From positions 56,243 through 76,242 of the IMG/VR virus record IMGVR_UViG_3300034082_004192: a DNA stretch of 20,000 bases; one strand, 5' to 3'. A program made the translations under genes and the position numbers. Below, piece after piece: positions 9,110 through 17,417 of the stretch (position 1 is its first letter; every line of letters begins with the position of its first letter). The notes below the pieces were generated by a model, which searched no databases, was not told the origin of the DNA, and saw nothing but the letters and a program-made list of their open reading frames with translations. The stretch comes from an uncultured virus (IMG/VR IMGVR_UViG_3300034082_004192) (Duplodnaviria > Heunggongvirae > Uroviricota > Caudoviricetes).

Positions 9110-10047
9110 TGCCAATTTTGTCTGCAGAATTACTAGCAAATTACTATGCTATTACCTTGAATGGCAAAACATATATACTTGACTCTTGGAATGAAAATTT
9201 ACAACAAGATATAAATGATAAATCATTCATGCAAGGCGATATTGCAAACAGAATTGTAGATGTCAACAATCCTTTACATCAAGCAACTATGTCTGGGCCC
9301 ATTTTACTACTTAAAGACCTTGATGCAGAATTGACCGTTGTAAATAACGCATATATAAATACTAATAATGCAAATAAAAATCTACCTCCATATGGAATTT
9401 ATGATATTTTTGATTTAATAATCGAAAATCTAGGTATTGTATCAAGGCCAATTACAGAAACTACAGACTTGCCTTATTTCATAGACAATGGTTCTATTTC
9501 TATGAATTTTTCAGATGTAGTTTCTACAGTCACATTAACAAGTGTTTATCCACAAGGTTTTGAACGCACACAAAATCTTGGTTTTTCTAAATCATCAGCC
9601 GTAAAGAATTTAGAAGAAGCTAGAATTCTCGGCAGAACTGTTAAATTTTGGGATTTCAGATTTAGAATTTTTGGCGACTTTTATGCACTGACTCAAGCCA
9701 ATATCAATATAAGAGTTGTAAGTGATAGAAAAACTAACATTGGAAATAATTTCTTTGATGGAAATACTGTGCCTGATTTTATTATAACTGGATACTCAAT
9801 TTCTGGAGATGCAACTATATCAATTCCACCAAGTCAGTTTGAAAATTTCAGACTGTATCAATCACCTGGAAGTTTTAATGTATTTCAAAATTCTATTGGC
9901 ATTGGTTTGATTGATTCTTATCGTGGTCATAGATTTATTGATTTTGGAAGTTATTTGATTTTACCAAGAATAGAAATGGATATGAGAGCTAATCAAATGA
10001 CAACTGCAAGAATTAGTTTCAATACGTTCTTGAGAAGATCTTATTAA
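9109..10047 (+). CDS. putative tail-tube-like structural protein (paralog 2)
   Basis: TAATG-coupled. QANINIRV, GYSISGDATISIP and MTTARISF mirror paralog 1. Confidence 0.5.
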   Translation: MPILSAELLANYYAITLNGKTYILDSWNENLQQDINDKSFMQGDIANRIVDVNNPLHQATMSGPILLLKDLDAELTVVNNAYINTNNANKNLPPYGIYDIFDLIIENLGIVSRPITETTDLPYFIDNGSISMNFSDVVSTVTLTSVYPQGFERTQNLGFSKSSAVKNLEEARILGRTVKFWDFRFRIFGDFYALTQANINIRVVSDRKTNIGNNFFDGNTVPDFIITGYSISGDATISIPPSQFENFRLYQSPGSFNVFQNSIGIGLIDSYRGHRFIDFGSYLILPRIEMDMRANQMTTARISFNTFLRRSY

Positions 10048-10062
10048 TGTACAAGTTCTCTT

Positions 10063-10575
10063 ATGGAAGAAGAACTTTTAAGATTTACAATACCTGGTAA
10101 TCCTGTAACCAAAAAAACACACCAAAGAATTATGAGAGTTGGTGGGTATCCTAGAATTTTTCCATCTAAACAATATGAAGAATATGAAAAATATTGCAAA
10201 CAATATTGTTTAGATGTTTGGAAAAACTTAGACAAAGACCCAATGAAGTTTGGTGTAGCTATCAAAATAAAAGTTTGGCTTTCTCGTTGGATTTTGCCTG
10301 ATCATGTCGGAATATTGCAATCTATTGGAGATATTCTAGAAAAATGGAGTGTTATTGAAAACGACAAGTATATCCATTGGACAGACTTTGATCCTACTTC
10401 CAACACAAGAGATCATTGGTTCCAAGGAATTGATAAAGAGAATCCTAGAATAGAAATTATAATTTTCAGATACAAGCATCTTTATGAAGATTACACCGAA
10501 GAAAAAGATGTCAAAGAAGCTGCCAAACTGGAAAGAAAAAAAGCAAGAGAACTTAAAAATCTAGGAAAAGACTAA
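10063..10575 (+). CDS. rusA: RusA-family Holliday junction resolvase
   Basis: FTIPGNPVTKK N-terminus, PD...GDIL...VIEND acidic residues, DKENPRIEIII C-terminal motif. Confidence 0.8.
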   Translation: MEEELLRFTIPGNPVTKKTHQRIMRVGGYPRIFPSKQYEEYEKYCKQYCLDVWKNLDKDPMKFGVAIKIKVWLSRWILPDHVGILQSIGDILEKWSVIENDKYIHWTDFDPTSNTRDHWFQGIDKENPRIEIIIFRYKHLYEDYTEEKDVKEAAKLERKKARELKNLGKD

Positions 10576-10847
10576 TGATAGAGATAGTGAATTTCGAAAT
10601 CAATGAAGATTTTTCGGAAACACCTTTGATGAAAAACCTCAAGCAGACATTATGCTTGAGTAATTTTTTTGAATCGCTGCCAGAACTATGGAAGCTTGAT
10701 GACTTATATATGGAATGCGTAAGTGAATATTTGAGAATAAGAACAACTCAATTAATCTACACCCCGTTGTGGGGAATCTCCATAGACTATTCAAGCAAAG
10801 TTGGCTTGATTACAGTAGAAAAATTTTATCCTATTATTAAATATTAA
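10575..10847 (+). CDS. hypothetical protein
   Basis: 90-aa ORF, TAATG-coupled with AGGA SD, followed by a terminator. Confidence 0.65.
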   Translation: MIEIVNFEINEDFSETPLMKNLKQTLCLSNFFESLPELWKLDDLYMECVSEYLRIRTTQLIYTPLWGISIDYSSKVGLITVEKFYPIIKY

Positions 10848-10877
10848 AAGCAGGCTTTTCAGCCTGCTTTTAATATT
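10840..10877. terminator. bidirectional intrinsic terminator
   Basis: Perfect 17-bp inverted repeat AATATTAAAAGCAGGCT-tttc-AGCCTGCTTTTAATATT between convergent genes. Confidence 0.85.
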
Positions 10878-10890
10878 GGATTGTTCTTAA

Positions 10891-11226
10891 TTATGCGTTA
10901 GGAACAATATAGTGTGGTTCTGTGTCAGTAATTGTAAACTCACCAGAAATTCCAAGAGGGGTTACAACTTCCTTCATTCGCTCTTGAAGCGCTTGAGTAT
11001 TCTCATTCAATGCTTCGTTGATTGCAGCCAATTGCTGTTGAGCTTGCTGAAGCTGAGCTGCATATTGCTGAGCAACATTTACAAACTCAAGAACATCAGA
11101 CTTCTGAGCCTTGAGCTCAAGTAACGACTGACGCATAGAAACTAACTCAAGATACTCATCGTGGGAGATTGCAGGTTGCTCCTGCTCCTCGCTAACTACT
11201 GCCGAAACGTCTGTAGACTCGTCCAT
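10891..11226 (-). CDS. acidic Gln-rich coiled-coil protein
   Basis: ATG 11226 with AAAGGA upstream; heptad pattern; has its own promoter and terminator. Confidence 0.75.
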   Translation of the reverse strand: MDESTDVSAVVSEEQEQPAISHDEYLELVSMRQSLLELKAQKSDVLEFVNVAQQYAAQLQQAQQQLAAINEALNENTQALQERMKEVVTPLGISGEFTITDTEPHYIVPNA

Positions 11227-11261
11227 TTGATATATATCCTTTTGATCCCTTGATCTCAATT

Positions 11262-11289
11262 ATGATACCAAATTATTTGTGTTTGTCAA
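11262..11289 (-). promoter_or_regulatory. sigma70-type promoter
   Basis: TTGACA-N16-TATCAT with an extended -10 TG, upstream of the 11226 gene. Confidence 0.7.
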
Positions 11290-11351
11290 CTCTTGATATA
11301 AAAGATATGACGGGGTATCATCCATGTATCTTTATACAATAAGAGCAGATT

Positions 11352-12041
11352 ATGAAAACAATTTTTTTGAGTCCGTCAGACCTGGCTTTCCTTTATGATG
11401 AAAGCCCTTGGGGATTTTATCAAAAGTACAACTTGGGGATCAAACGTCCTCCAGTAATTTTACCTAAGATTTTCACTTTGATTGATGTATTAACTAAAGC
11501 ATCATATTTGAACAAAAATTTAAATCAAATTGACAAATCTCTTCCTGATGCAGTTTTAGTTGACGCTGACGAATGGGTGAAGAGTAAACCAATTGCAAAT
11601 CCAGATTTTCCTGATTTTGAAGTTGTTATTCGTGGAAAAATTGATGGTATCTTGCGCTACGATGATGGAACAAATACTGTAATTGATTTTAAGACTTGTG
11701 AGATTTCAGAAAAAGTCTTATCGAAATATATTCGACAATTATCATCATATAGTTATGCTATTACACATCCTATGTCTAGCACTGATCTTGCAATGAAGTT
11801 AAGAAACAATGTTGGTTTATTTGTTTTTGAGCCAGATAAATTTTATATTGACTCATATTCTGCTGCTGGACTCAAAGGCAAATTTAAGTATATTAGTTAT
11901 GAAATAAATCTTGATGATTTTGAAAATTTCATTAGAAATGAAGTAATCCCATTGATCGCTGGGAAAGAGCCACCTCCAACTGATGCTGATTCTTGTTGGG
12001 TTTATTTAAAGCAATTTGGCTTTGAATACGAGGAGGAGTAA
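11352..12041 (+). CDS. PD-(D/E)XK nuclease, RecB/Cas4-like
   Basis: LSPS start, RGKIDG, IDFKT and QLSSY motifs. Confidence 0.85.
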   Translation: MKTIFLSPSDLAFLYDESPWGFYQKYNLGIKRPPVILPKIFTLIDVLTKASYLNKNLNQIDKSLPDAVLVDADEWVKSKPIANPDFPDFEVVIRGKIDGILRYDDGTNTVIDFKTCEISEKVLSKYIRQLSSYSYAITHPMSSTDLAMKLRNNVGLFVFEPDKFYIDSYSAAGLKGKFKYISYEINLDDFENFIRNEVIPLIAGKEPPPTDADSCWVYLKQFGFEYEEE

Positions 12042-12048
12042 AAACTGT

Positions 12049-12090
12049 ATCAGAATACTAAACTATATCAAGTTTAGTATTCTGATTTTT
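12049..12090 (+). terminator. long AT-rich hairpin (terminator or regulatory)
   Basis: Perfect 16-bp inverted repeat ATCAGAATACTAAACT-atatca-AGTTTAGTATTCTGAT followed by a T run. Confidence 0.6.
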
Positions 12091-12094
12091 AACT

Positions 12095-13633
12095 ATGGAA
12101 AAAAACTCATCTACATACAATAATAAACGTTTTGCTCAAAGAACAGACAATTATGCTGATTATGAAAGAAATACCAGCATTCCAGTGCCTGCATCTGGTC
12201 AAGGTTTTTTGGGACTAGGTAATACAAATCAATTAAGTTATCTTGGTTTTGCAAAGACAAGTCCTAATTTAAGAGAAGATTTTTATTCAGACTCTATTTC
12301 AAACGCAAAAGCATTTGAGCAAAGTTCAATTTATAGAAGTGATGGAAAGTTTAACGAAGAAATACGTAAGTTTATTTCTTATATGACATTGTTAAATGTT
12401 GGTAAGGAAATACCAGACTCTGATCAACCAAAAGTTAGTTGGTTAGGTAAAAATAGAAGACCCAAAGATCAATATGATGAATTTACCAACTGGTCCCAAT
12501 CTGAAAGACAAAAATATTCATCTAGATTTGAAACTATGATTGGCACAAAAAGAGGGGCAATACTACAAAAAGCACTTGTTGCCTTGAAAAATGCAGAAAT
12601 AGCTGCAGCAAAATATTCTTTTCCAAACGACCCAGGAGCAAAAGCAGCCACATATATGTCTGAAGCTGCCGCAAGTGAAAAACCAAGCGCTCCATCAACT
12701 ACAGATTCTGGAAGCTCTGGAAGCTCTGGAAGCTCTGGAAGCTCTGGCTCATCTTCACAAAGCAGTAAACCATCTTCAAGGGATAATCAAGGTCCAATTT
12801 CATCAAAGCCAAAACCTCCTAAATTTAATTACAGCTACATGAAATCTATAAAATATATCAAGAATGCTAACGATTTGGTTTATCATGCTGCTAAACGTGC
12901 TTTGGGCTTGAAACAATCTGATGTCAACGAATTCTACACAAGTGATAATGCTCCTAAGATCAAATCAGAAATAATTAAAATTGCTGATAGTGATTACATG
13001 AATAAAATAAATCCTAAGTTAAGAAAACTCAAACAAGAAGCATTAGACAAATTGTTAGATAAAACTTTATTAAATATCAAACCTACTCCTCAGCCTGATT
13101 TGCCAGAAGAGACTGGTGCTGGTACTGCTGGACCTATGCCCACAACAACAGGGCCTGATGGTGAACAAAAAGTTTCTTCTCCAGTTCAAACTGAAGCAGG
13201 AGATGAAATTCGAGAACTTCTTGACACAGCTGAGGGTTTAGACAACAATCAATTAAAAAGATTGTGGAAAAATATGCTCAATAGAATTGATGTTTTACTA
13301 AGAAATCCTCAAATTGATAACTTGGAAAAAGTAGAATTTGATCAAAGACTTAAAGACATTATTTTAAGATATAATTTAGCTTTTCATCCTGAGGGAGGTA
13401 GACAATTAGCTTCAGGAGCTTTTGTTGTCAACACCCCTGAAGTAGTAAGTAGAATTTTATTACAAGCATTAAAAGTCAATGACACTGAAACTGCAAATAA
13501 AGCAGTAGATCAACTTAAAATCATGTTTGACGATAATCCTGAGCATGTTCCATATCAACAAATTAGAGCTAGCTTAAAACAAAAAATAAATAAACACAAT
13601 TTTGACGCAGATGAAATGGTGAATAATTTTTAA
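12095..13633 (+). CDS. 512-aa hypothetical protein with low-complexity linkers, possibly virion-internal
   Basis: Long ORF. Helical blocks separated by Ser/Gly and Pro/Thr/Gly linkers. N-terminal YNNKRFAQ. Confidence 0.75.
   Translation: MEKNSSTYNNKRFAQRTDNYADYERNTSIPVPASGQGFLGLGNTNQLSYLGFAKTSPNLREDFYSDSISNAKAFEQSSIYRSDGKFNEEIRKFISYMTLLNVGKEIPDSDQPKVSWLGKNRRPKDQYDEFTNWSQSERQKYSSRFETMIGTKRGAILQKALVALKNAEIAAAKYSFPNDPGAKAATYMSEAAASEKPSAPSTTDSGSSGSSGSSGSSGSSSQSSKPSSRDNQGPISSKPKPPKFNYSYMKSIKYIKNANDLVYHAAKRALGLKQSDVNEFYTSDNAPKIKSEIIKIADSDYMNKINPKLRKLKQEALDKLLDKTLLNIKPTPQPDLPEETGAGTAGPMPTTTGPDGEQKVSSPVQTEAGDEIRELLDTAEGLDNNQLKRLWKNMLNRIDVLLRNPQIDNLEKVEFDQRLKDIILRYNLAFHPEGGRQLASGAFVVNTPEVVSRILLQALKVNDTETANKAVDQLKIMFDDNPEHVPYQQIRASLKQKINKHNFDADEMVNNF
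12707..12747 (+). repeat. in-frame 9-bp tandem repeat (TCTGGAAGC) x4.5 encoding (SGS)n
   Basis: Four perfect copies plus TCTGG, read directly. Confidence 0.95.
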
Positions 13634-13634
13634 A

Positions 13635-13823
13635 ATGCCAAAGCCTGTACATGATCTAGTTGATAAATTACTTGACAATCCTGACTTCTATCCTGAAAAA
13701 TCAAAAGAAGACAAAGAATCAACAGCTTGGGCAATAGCTTACTCAAATTTCAATAAAAGAAAAAAACGTAAAAAGAAAGCTTTCAATATGAAAGAATACC
13801 GTACAGCACAAAAACCAGACTAA
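13635..13823 (+). CDS. small basic protein with an AWAIA motif, weakly ChaB-like
   Basis: 62 aa; ESTAWAIAYS helix followed by KRKKRKKK and AFNMKEYRTAQ. Confidence 0.7.
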   Translation: MPKPVHDLVDKLLDNPDFYPEKSKEDKESTAWAIAYSNFNKRKKRKKKAFNMKEYRTAQKPD

Positions 13824-13835
13824 GTCTGGTTTTTT
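13810..13835 (+). terminator. intrinsic terminator with the stop codon in its loop
   Basis: AAAAACCAGAC-taa-GTCTGGTTTTTT. Confidence 0.75.
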
Positions 13836-13843
13836 GTTATAAT
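13835..13843 (+). promoter_or_regulatory. extended -10 promoter, probably giving a leaderless mRNA
   Basis: TGTTATAAT, then 6 nt, then ATG 13850; no SD. Confidence 0.65.
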
Positions 13844-13849
13844 AACTAT

Positions 13850-14557
13850 ATGACAAAACTTAGCCTTATTATGCTTACAAATACTGTAAATCAAGATATT
13901 TACAGAATGACACAAAATGCATTAAATTCTTTGCACAATTCGGAAGGTTCAGAAAATTTCAATGTTGTTTTAGTCGAGACAAATAAAGATTACGATTGGT
14001 CTTACAATCATGTAAATTTTTACTTGAAACCACCGATTGATTTTAATTATAATACTTATTTGAATATTGCAATTGAAAATTGTGATTCAGAATATATTGG
14101 TGTTGTAAACAATGATGTAAATTTTCACAAAGATTGGTGGACAAAAATGGAGGCAGCAATTATCAAACATAATTTAGATACTGCATCTCCACGTTCTCCA
14201 AATGAACAACATGGAATTGTTCCAAGAGCTGAAATTAAGCACAGATATACACCTGAAACAATGGTAAGAATAGGATACGAATTAATTATCAACTTCTGTG
14301 GTTGGTGCTGGATTATGAAGAAAGAAGTGAAAGATTGGCTCTTTCCTTTAGATGAACAATTTGCTTTCTTTTTCCAAGATAATGATATTATTATGAGATT
14401 GCAAGAAAAAAACTGCAAACATGGAATGGTTGCAGCTTCAAAGGTTGATCACTTCGGGCAAAAGTCTCATGGAACTTTTAAAGATCAGAACGAGTATATG
14501 AAAAATACATTTGCTCTTGAGAAAAATTTCTTAGAAAAATGGAGGCATCGATTATGA
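13850..14557 (+). CDS. glycosyltransferase, GT2/GT-A-like
   Basis: LSLIMLT start, VVLVE, YLNIAI..CDSEYIGVVNNDV, LDEQFAFFFQDND and VDHFG motifs. Confidence 0.85.
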   Translation: MTKLSLIMLTNTVNQDIYRMTQNALNSLHNSEGSENFNVVLVETNKDYDWSYNHVNFYLKPPIDFNYNTYLNIAIENCDSEYIGVVNNDVNFHKDWWTKMEAAIIKHNLDTASPRSPNEQHGIVPRAEIKHRYTPETMVRIGYELIINFCGWCWIMKKEVKDWLFPLDEQFAFFFQDNDIIMRLQEKNCKHGMVAASKVDHFGQKSHGTFKDQNEYMKNTFALEKNFLEKWRHRL

Positions 14558-14567
14558 TGCCTCCATT
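14538..14567. terminator. hairpin between the convergent glycosyltransferase genes
   Basis: 12-bp inverted repeat AATGGAGGCATC-gattat-GATGCCTCCATT; T run follows on the minus strand. Confidence 0.7.
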
Positions 14568-14571
14568 GTAA

Positions 14572-15489
14572 TTACTTAGCGATTAAACTTAGTTCTCGTA
14601 GAACTCTCTCTGCTAAGGCTTTTGTAGTATTGTATTTTCTCATATGATCCATAACTTCTGAGTGGAAATAATCATAATTCTTATCAAGCCACTTTGGATC
14701 ATTCTTTTCGAAAAAAGCAATCTTTGTCAATAATGCTTTTGGAAAATGCATCATGCTATATCTTGGAGAATTTACAATATCAGGAAAGAGTGGAATACAT
14801 CCATTACCCATGATTTCATAATGTCTCAAACAATCCCATCCAGCTTTTGGCATTGTGAAAGCAAACTTTGAAAACATATAATCTTGATAGTATTCAACTT
14901 CGGTATTGAAAATATAAGTCTTTCTGTCTCTTGGATCACTGTGAGCAATTCTACGCTCTTTCTTATGACCATCATTTACCTTATTTGTTGGAAATGCAAA
15001 GCTAATAGGTAAGACATGCTGCATATATTCTTGCAAATGAACTTGCTTTTGATCAGGATAGAGTTCACGCTTGAAGTAAACTACTCCATCTTTGAGTCTT
15101 TCTTCCAGAAATACATTTGAATCTTCTCCGTCAACAAAAACAATTTTCTTCTTGTCATAGTTTTCAAGAACAAGCTGCAAATGATCTTGACTTCGCCAAA
15201 TGCTTCCATAAATTACGTAATCAAAATACTTATTACGAATCTTCTTGGTAATGTCTTCACGATCTGCATTATCTGAAGTGATATTGCGGCAAACGGTAAA
15301 ACCTTTGCCATATTCTGCAGCTACTTGATCGTCTGAGTAATCAGAGTAAAGATGAAATCTTTTATTGCAATCAACTACATCGTCACCAAAAAGCTCCTTA
15401 AGTCCAAGAAGCAAACAGTCATCTTGATAATCAGTCAGCCATGGGAATTGCTGTGATTTTTGGTTTCCAGAAATATAAAGAATCTTCAT
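14572..15489 (-). CDS. glycosyltransferase, GT-B-like
   Basis: MKILYI start; FVDGED, YFKREL, SKFAFTMPKAGWDCLRHYEIMGNGCIP motifs. Start moved to ATG 15489. Confidence 0.75.
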   Translation of the reverse strand: MKILYISGNQKSQQFPWLTDYQDDCLLLGLKELFGDDVVDCNKRFHLYSDYSDDQVAAEYGKGFTVCRNITSDNADREDITKKIRNKYFDYVIYGSIWRSQDHLQLVLENYDKKKIVFVDGEDSNVFLEERLKDGVVYFKRELYPDQKQVHLQEYMQHVLPISFAFPTNKVNDGHKKERRIAHSDPRDRKTYIFNTEVEYYQDYMFSKFAFTMPKAGWDCLRHYEIMGNGCIPLFPDIVNSPRYSMMHFPKALLTKIAFFEKNDPKWLDKNYDYFHSEVMDHMRKYNTTKALAERVLRELSLIAK

Positions 15490-15516
15490 ATAGATATTGT
15501 ACACTCCGAAGCAAAA

Positions 15517-16074
15517 TTAAGCTCTTACTTCCATTGTACATTTTACATCCACTTCATAATCAATGCAAATGTCAGCTAATTTATCAAGAATTCTAAGTTG
15601 ACCTATTACTATCAAATTATCAGGAGATGGAGTGCTTACTGAAATCAATTCTTGAGCAGAATATATTTTCTTTTTAAAGGCCACTGGATTGTAAGTGCCT
15701 TCTTTTGTATTCATATTTAGAACAAATAACAATGGCAAAATATAATTATCTGAAACTTCTAATTTGTTTGTTCCATCTTGCAAATCACACATGAATAATT
15801 GAAAACTATAAGCTACTAAAGGTTTATCTTCTATTATATATTCTCTGCAAAACTCGTGATCATAGTTGAGAGTATATTTGAAACTATTATCTTTTAGAAT
15901 ATTTTCCCACTCAGATATAGTTCTTCGGTTATTCAGTTCTAAAATATCTTGCAATAAAACGAGCATAATTGAGCTGTAATTTGATGGTGGAATTACTTGC
16001 CCTTTCCATAAAACAGTTTCCGAACTAGGATGAGATTTGATGTGTGGCTCAAATACAAGAAGCTTATAACTCAT
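15517..16074 (-). CDS. hypothetical protein
   Basis: 185-aa ORF in a tightly packed run. Confidence 0.7.
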   Translation of the reverse strand: MSYKLLVFEPHIKSHPSSETVLWKGQVIPPSNYSSIMLVLLQDILELNNRRTISEWENILKDNSFKYTLNYDHEFCREYIIEDKPLVAYSFQLFMCDLQDGTNKLEVSDNYILPLLFVLNMNTKEGTYNPVAFKKKIYSAQELISVSTPSPDNLIVIGQLRILDKLADICIDYEVDVKCTMEVRA

Positions 16075-16078
16075 AAAA

Positions 16079-16555
16079 CTATTCTACATCTGGAATGACA
16101 ATTTTTTCATAAGTTTCAAAAAATTCCTGAGCAGCTATTCTGTAAACTTCTTGATACGTTGGAGATGGAGAAACAATATAATCTCCAGTTTTAAGGGACA
16201 TCAATCTTCCCCATTTAGCTACAAATTCTAAGTCAGATCCATAATATCTACAAGCTATTATTTTGCCTGTTGGAATATAAACTGCACCTTTATCATAATA
16301 ATAAAAAAACTTATATCTAGTGAAAAGCATATAGCTTGGAACAATATATTGTTCTTGGCATTCAGTTTGCAAATTTTGAACTATAAAATCGCCTTCTTTT
16401 GCGTAATTTGTAGTTTCTAAACCATCTGCAGTCCAAGTCTCTATATATTCATTTAAATGGGCAGGATAAGCATAAATCAGACAAGTCTTATAATATTCTT
16501 GTCCATTGTCTCTTATTTCAGGGAAGAAATAAGAGTATGCCTCTTGTTGCGTCAT
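16079..16555 (-). CDS. PGDYG-like protein with an internal duplication
   Basis: Two related repeats: AKEGDFIVQN..EQYIV..FTRY and LKTGDYIVSP..EVYRI..FFETY. Confidence 0.65.
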   Translation of the reverse strand: MTQQEAYSYFFPEIRDNGQEYYKTCLIYAYPAHLNEYIETWTADGLETTNYAKEGDFIVQNLQTECQEQYIVPSYMLFTRYKFFYYYDKGAVYIPTGKIIACRYYGSDLEFVAKWGRLMSLKTGDYIVSPSPTYQEVYRIAAQEFFETYEKIVIPDVE

Positions 16556-17394
16556 TATAAATCACTTAATATTTCAGTGACATTATATAAACTGGTTTCT
16601 GCATCATTCAAATTGACATAAATTGCAGTTAGCTTTTCAACTTGATCTTCTGGCAAATTATTCGGATTTTCAGCTTTGTTAGTTGGCCTATATCTTTCAT
16701 CATAAGTTGTTTCAACGCTACCAATAACTGTTCTTAAGTATTCTTTTGCTTTATCTAATTGATCATAAAACTCTCTAATACCCATGTCAGACAAACTAGT
16801 CAATGCTTCAGTGTATTTGTCTGTAGAAGGCTCACCGTAAGCAACTTCTGTGCCTCTTCTAATATCTAATTCACTTCTAGATACATCATTTGTTTTGAGC
16901 CATTGTAATTGTTCAGGACTTGGATTAGTGTAAATCGTGGCATTTACTGATCCATTTTGATAATTGATTCTCATAGCTCCAGTAAGTTCAGAAAGAAGAT
17001 GTCTATCTGATCTATCTTTGAGTGCTTCTGGATTGACACCTAAACGAGAGAGTAAATATTTATCAAACCTTACGTGAGATCCTAAATTAGGAGTTACAGT
17101 TCCATTAGGTAAAACATAAAATGCTTCATATGGCGTTGAAAAATGAGAATGTGTTTCAGAAGATCCACGAACAAATGGGCTAGATTTATCAAACTCTGAC
17201 ATAATTTTTGCCACTTCTTCATTGATAGCAGCAACCATATTTTCTTCAGATCCATATTTACCAATCAACTTACTCTTGATTGCATTTTCATCATCTGTAG
17301 CTGGATCTACAAATGTTTTGGATTCTAGTTCTTGTTGGATAATTTTATCTGCTTCTTCTTTAGAAACAGCAATTTTAATTCTTGAGTACCACAT
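16555..17394 (-). CDS. hypothetical protein, possibly virion-internal
   Basis: Start moved to ATG 17394 (MWYSRIKIA), downstream of a terminator. Central YVLPNG..H..GAMRIN..PSPEQL segment. Confidence 0.75.
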   Translation of the reverse strand: MWYSRIKIAVSKEEADKIIQQELESKTFVDPATDDENAIKSKLIGKYGSEENMVAAINEEVAKIMSEFDKSSPFVRGSSETHSHFSTPYEAFYVLPNGTVTPNLGSHVRFDKYLLSRLGVNPEALKDRSDRHLLSELTGAMRINYQNGSVNATIYTNPSPEQLQWLKTNDVSRSELDIRRGTEVAYGEPSTDKYTEALTSLSDMGIREFYDQLDKAKEYLRTVIGSVETTYDERYRPTNKAENPNNLPEDQVEKLTAIYVNLNDAETSLYNVTEILSDL

Positions 17395-17417
17395 ACGAAT
17401 AATATACTGGATAAAAG

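Noticed and set aside
11352..12041. CRISPR-Cas locus around the Cas4-like gene
   Set aside because: No repeat-spacer array and no other cas-like genes seen; stand-alone nucleases of this type are common in phages.
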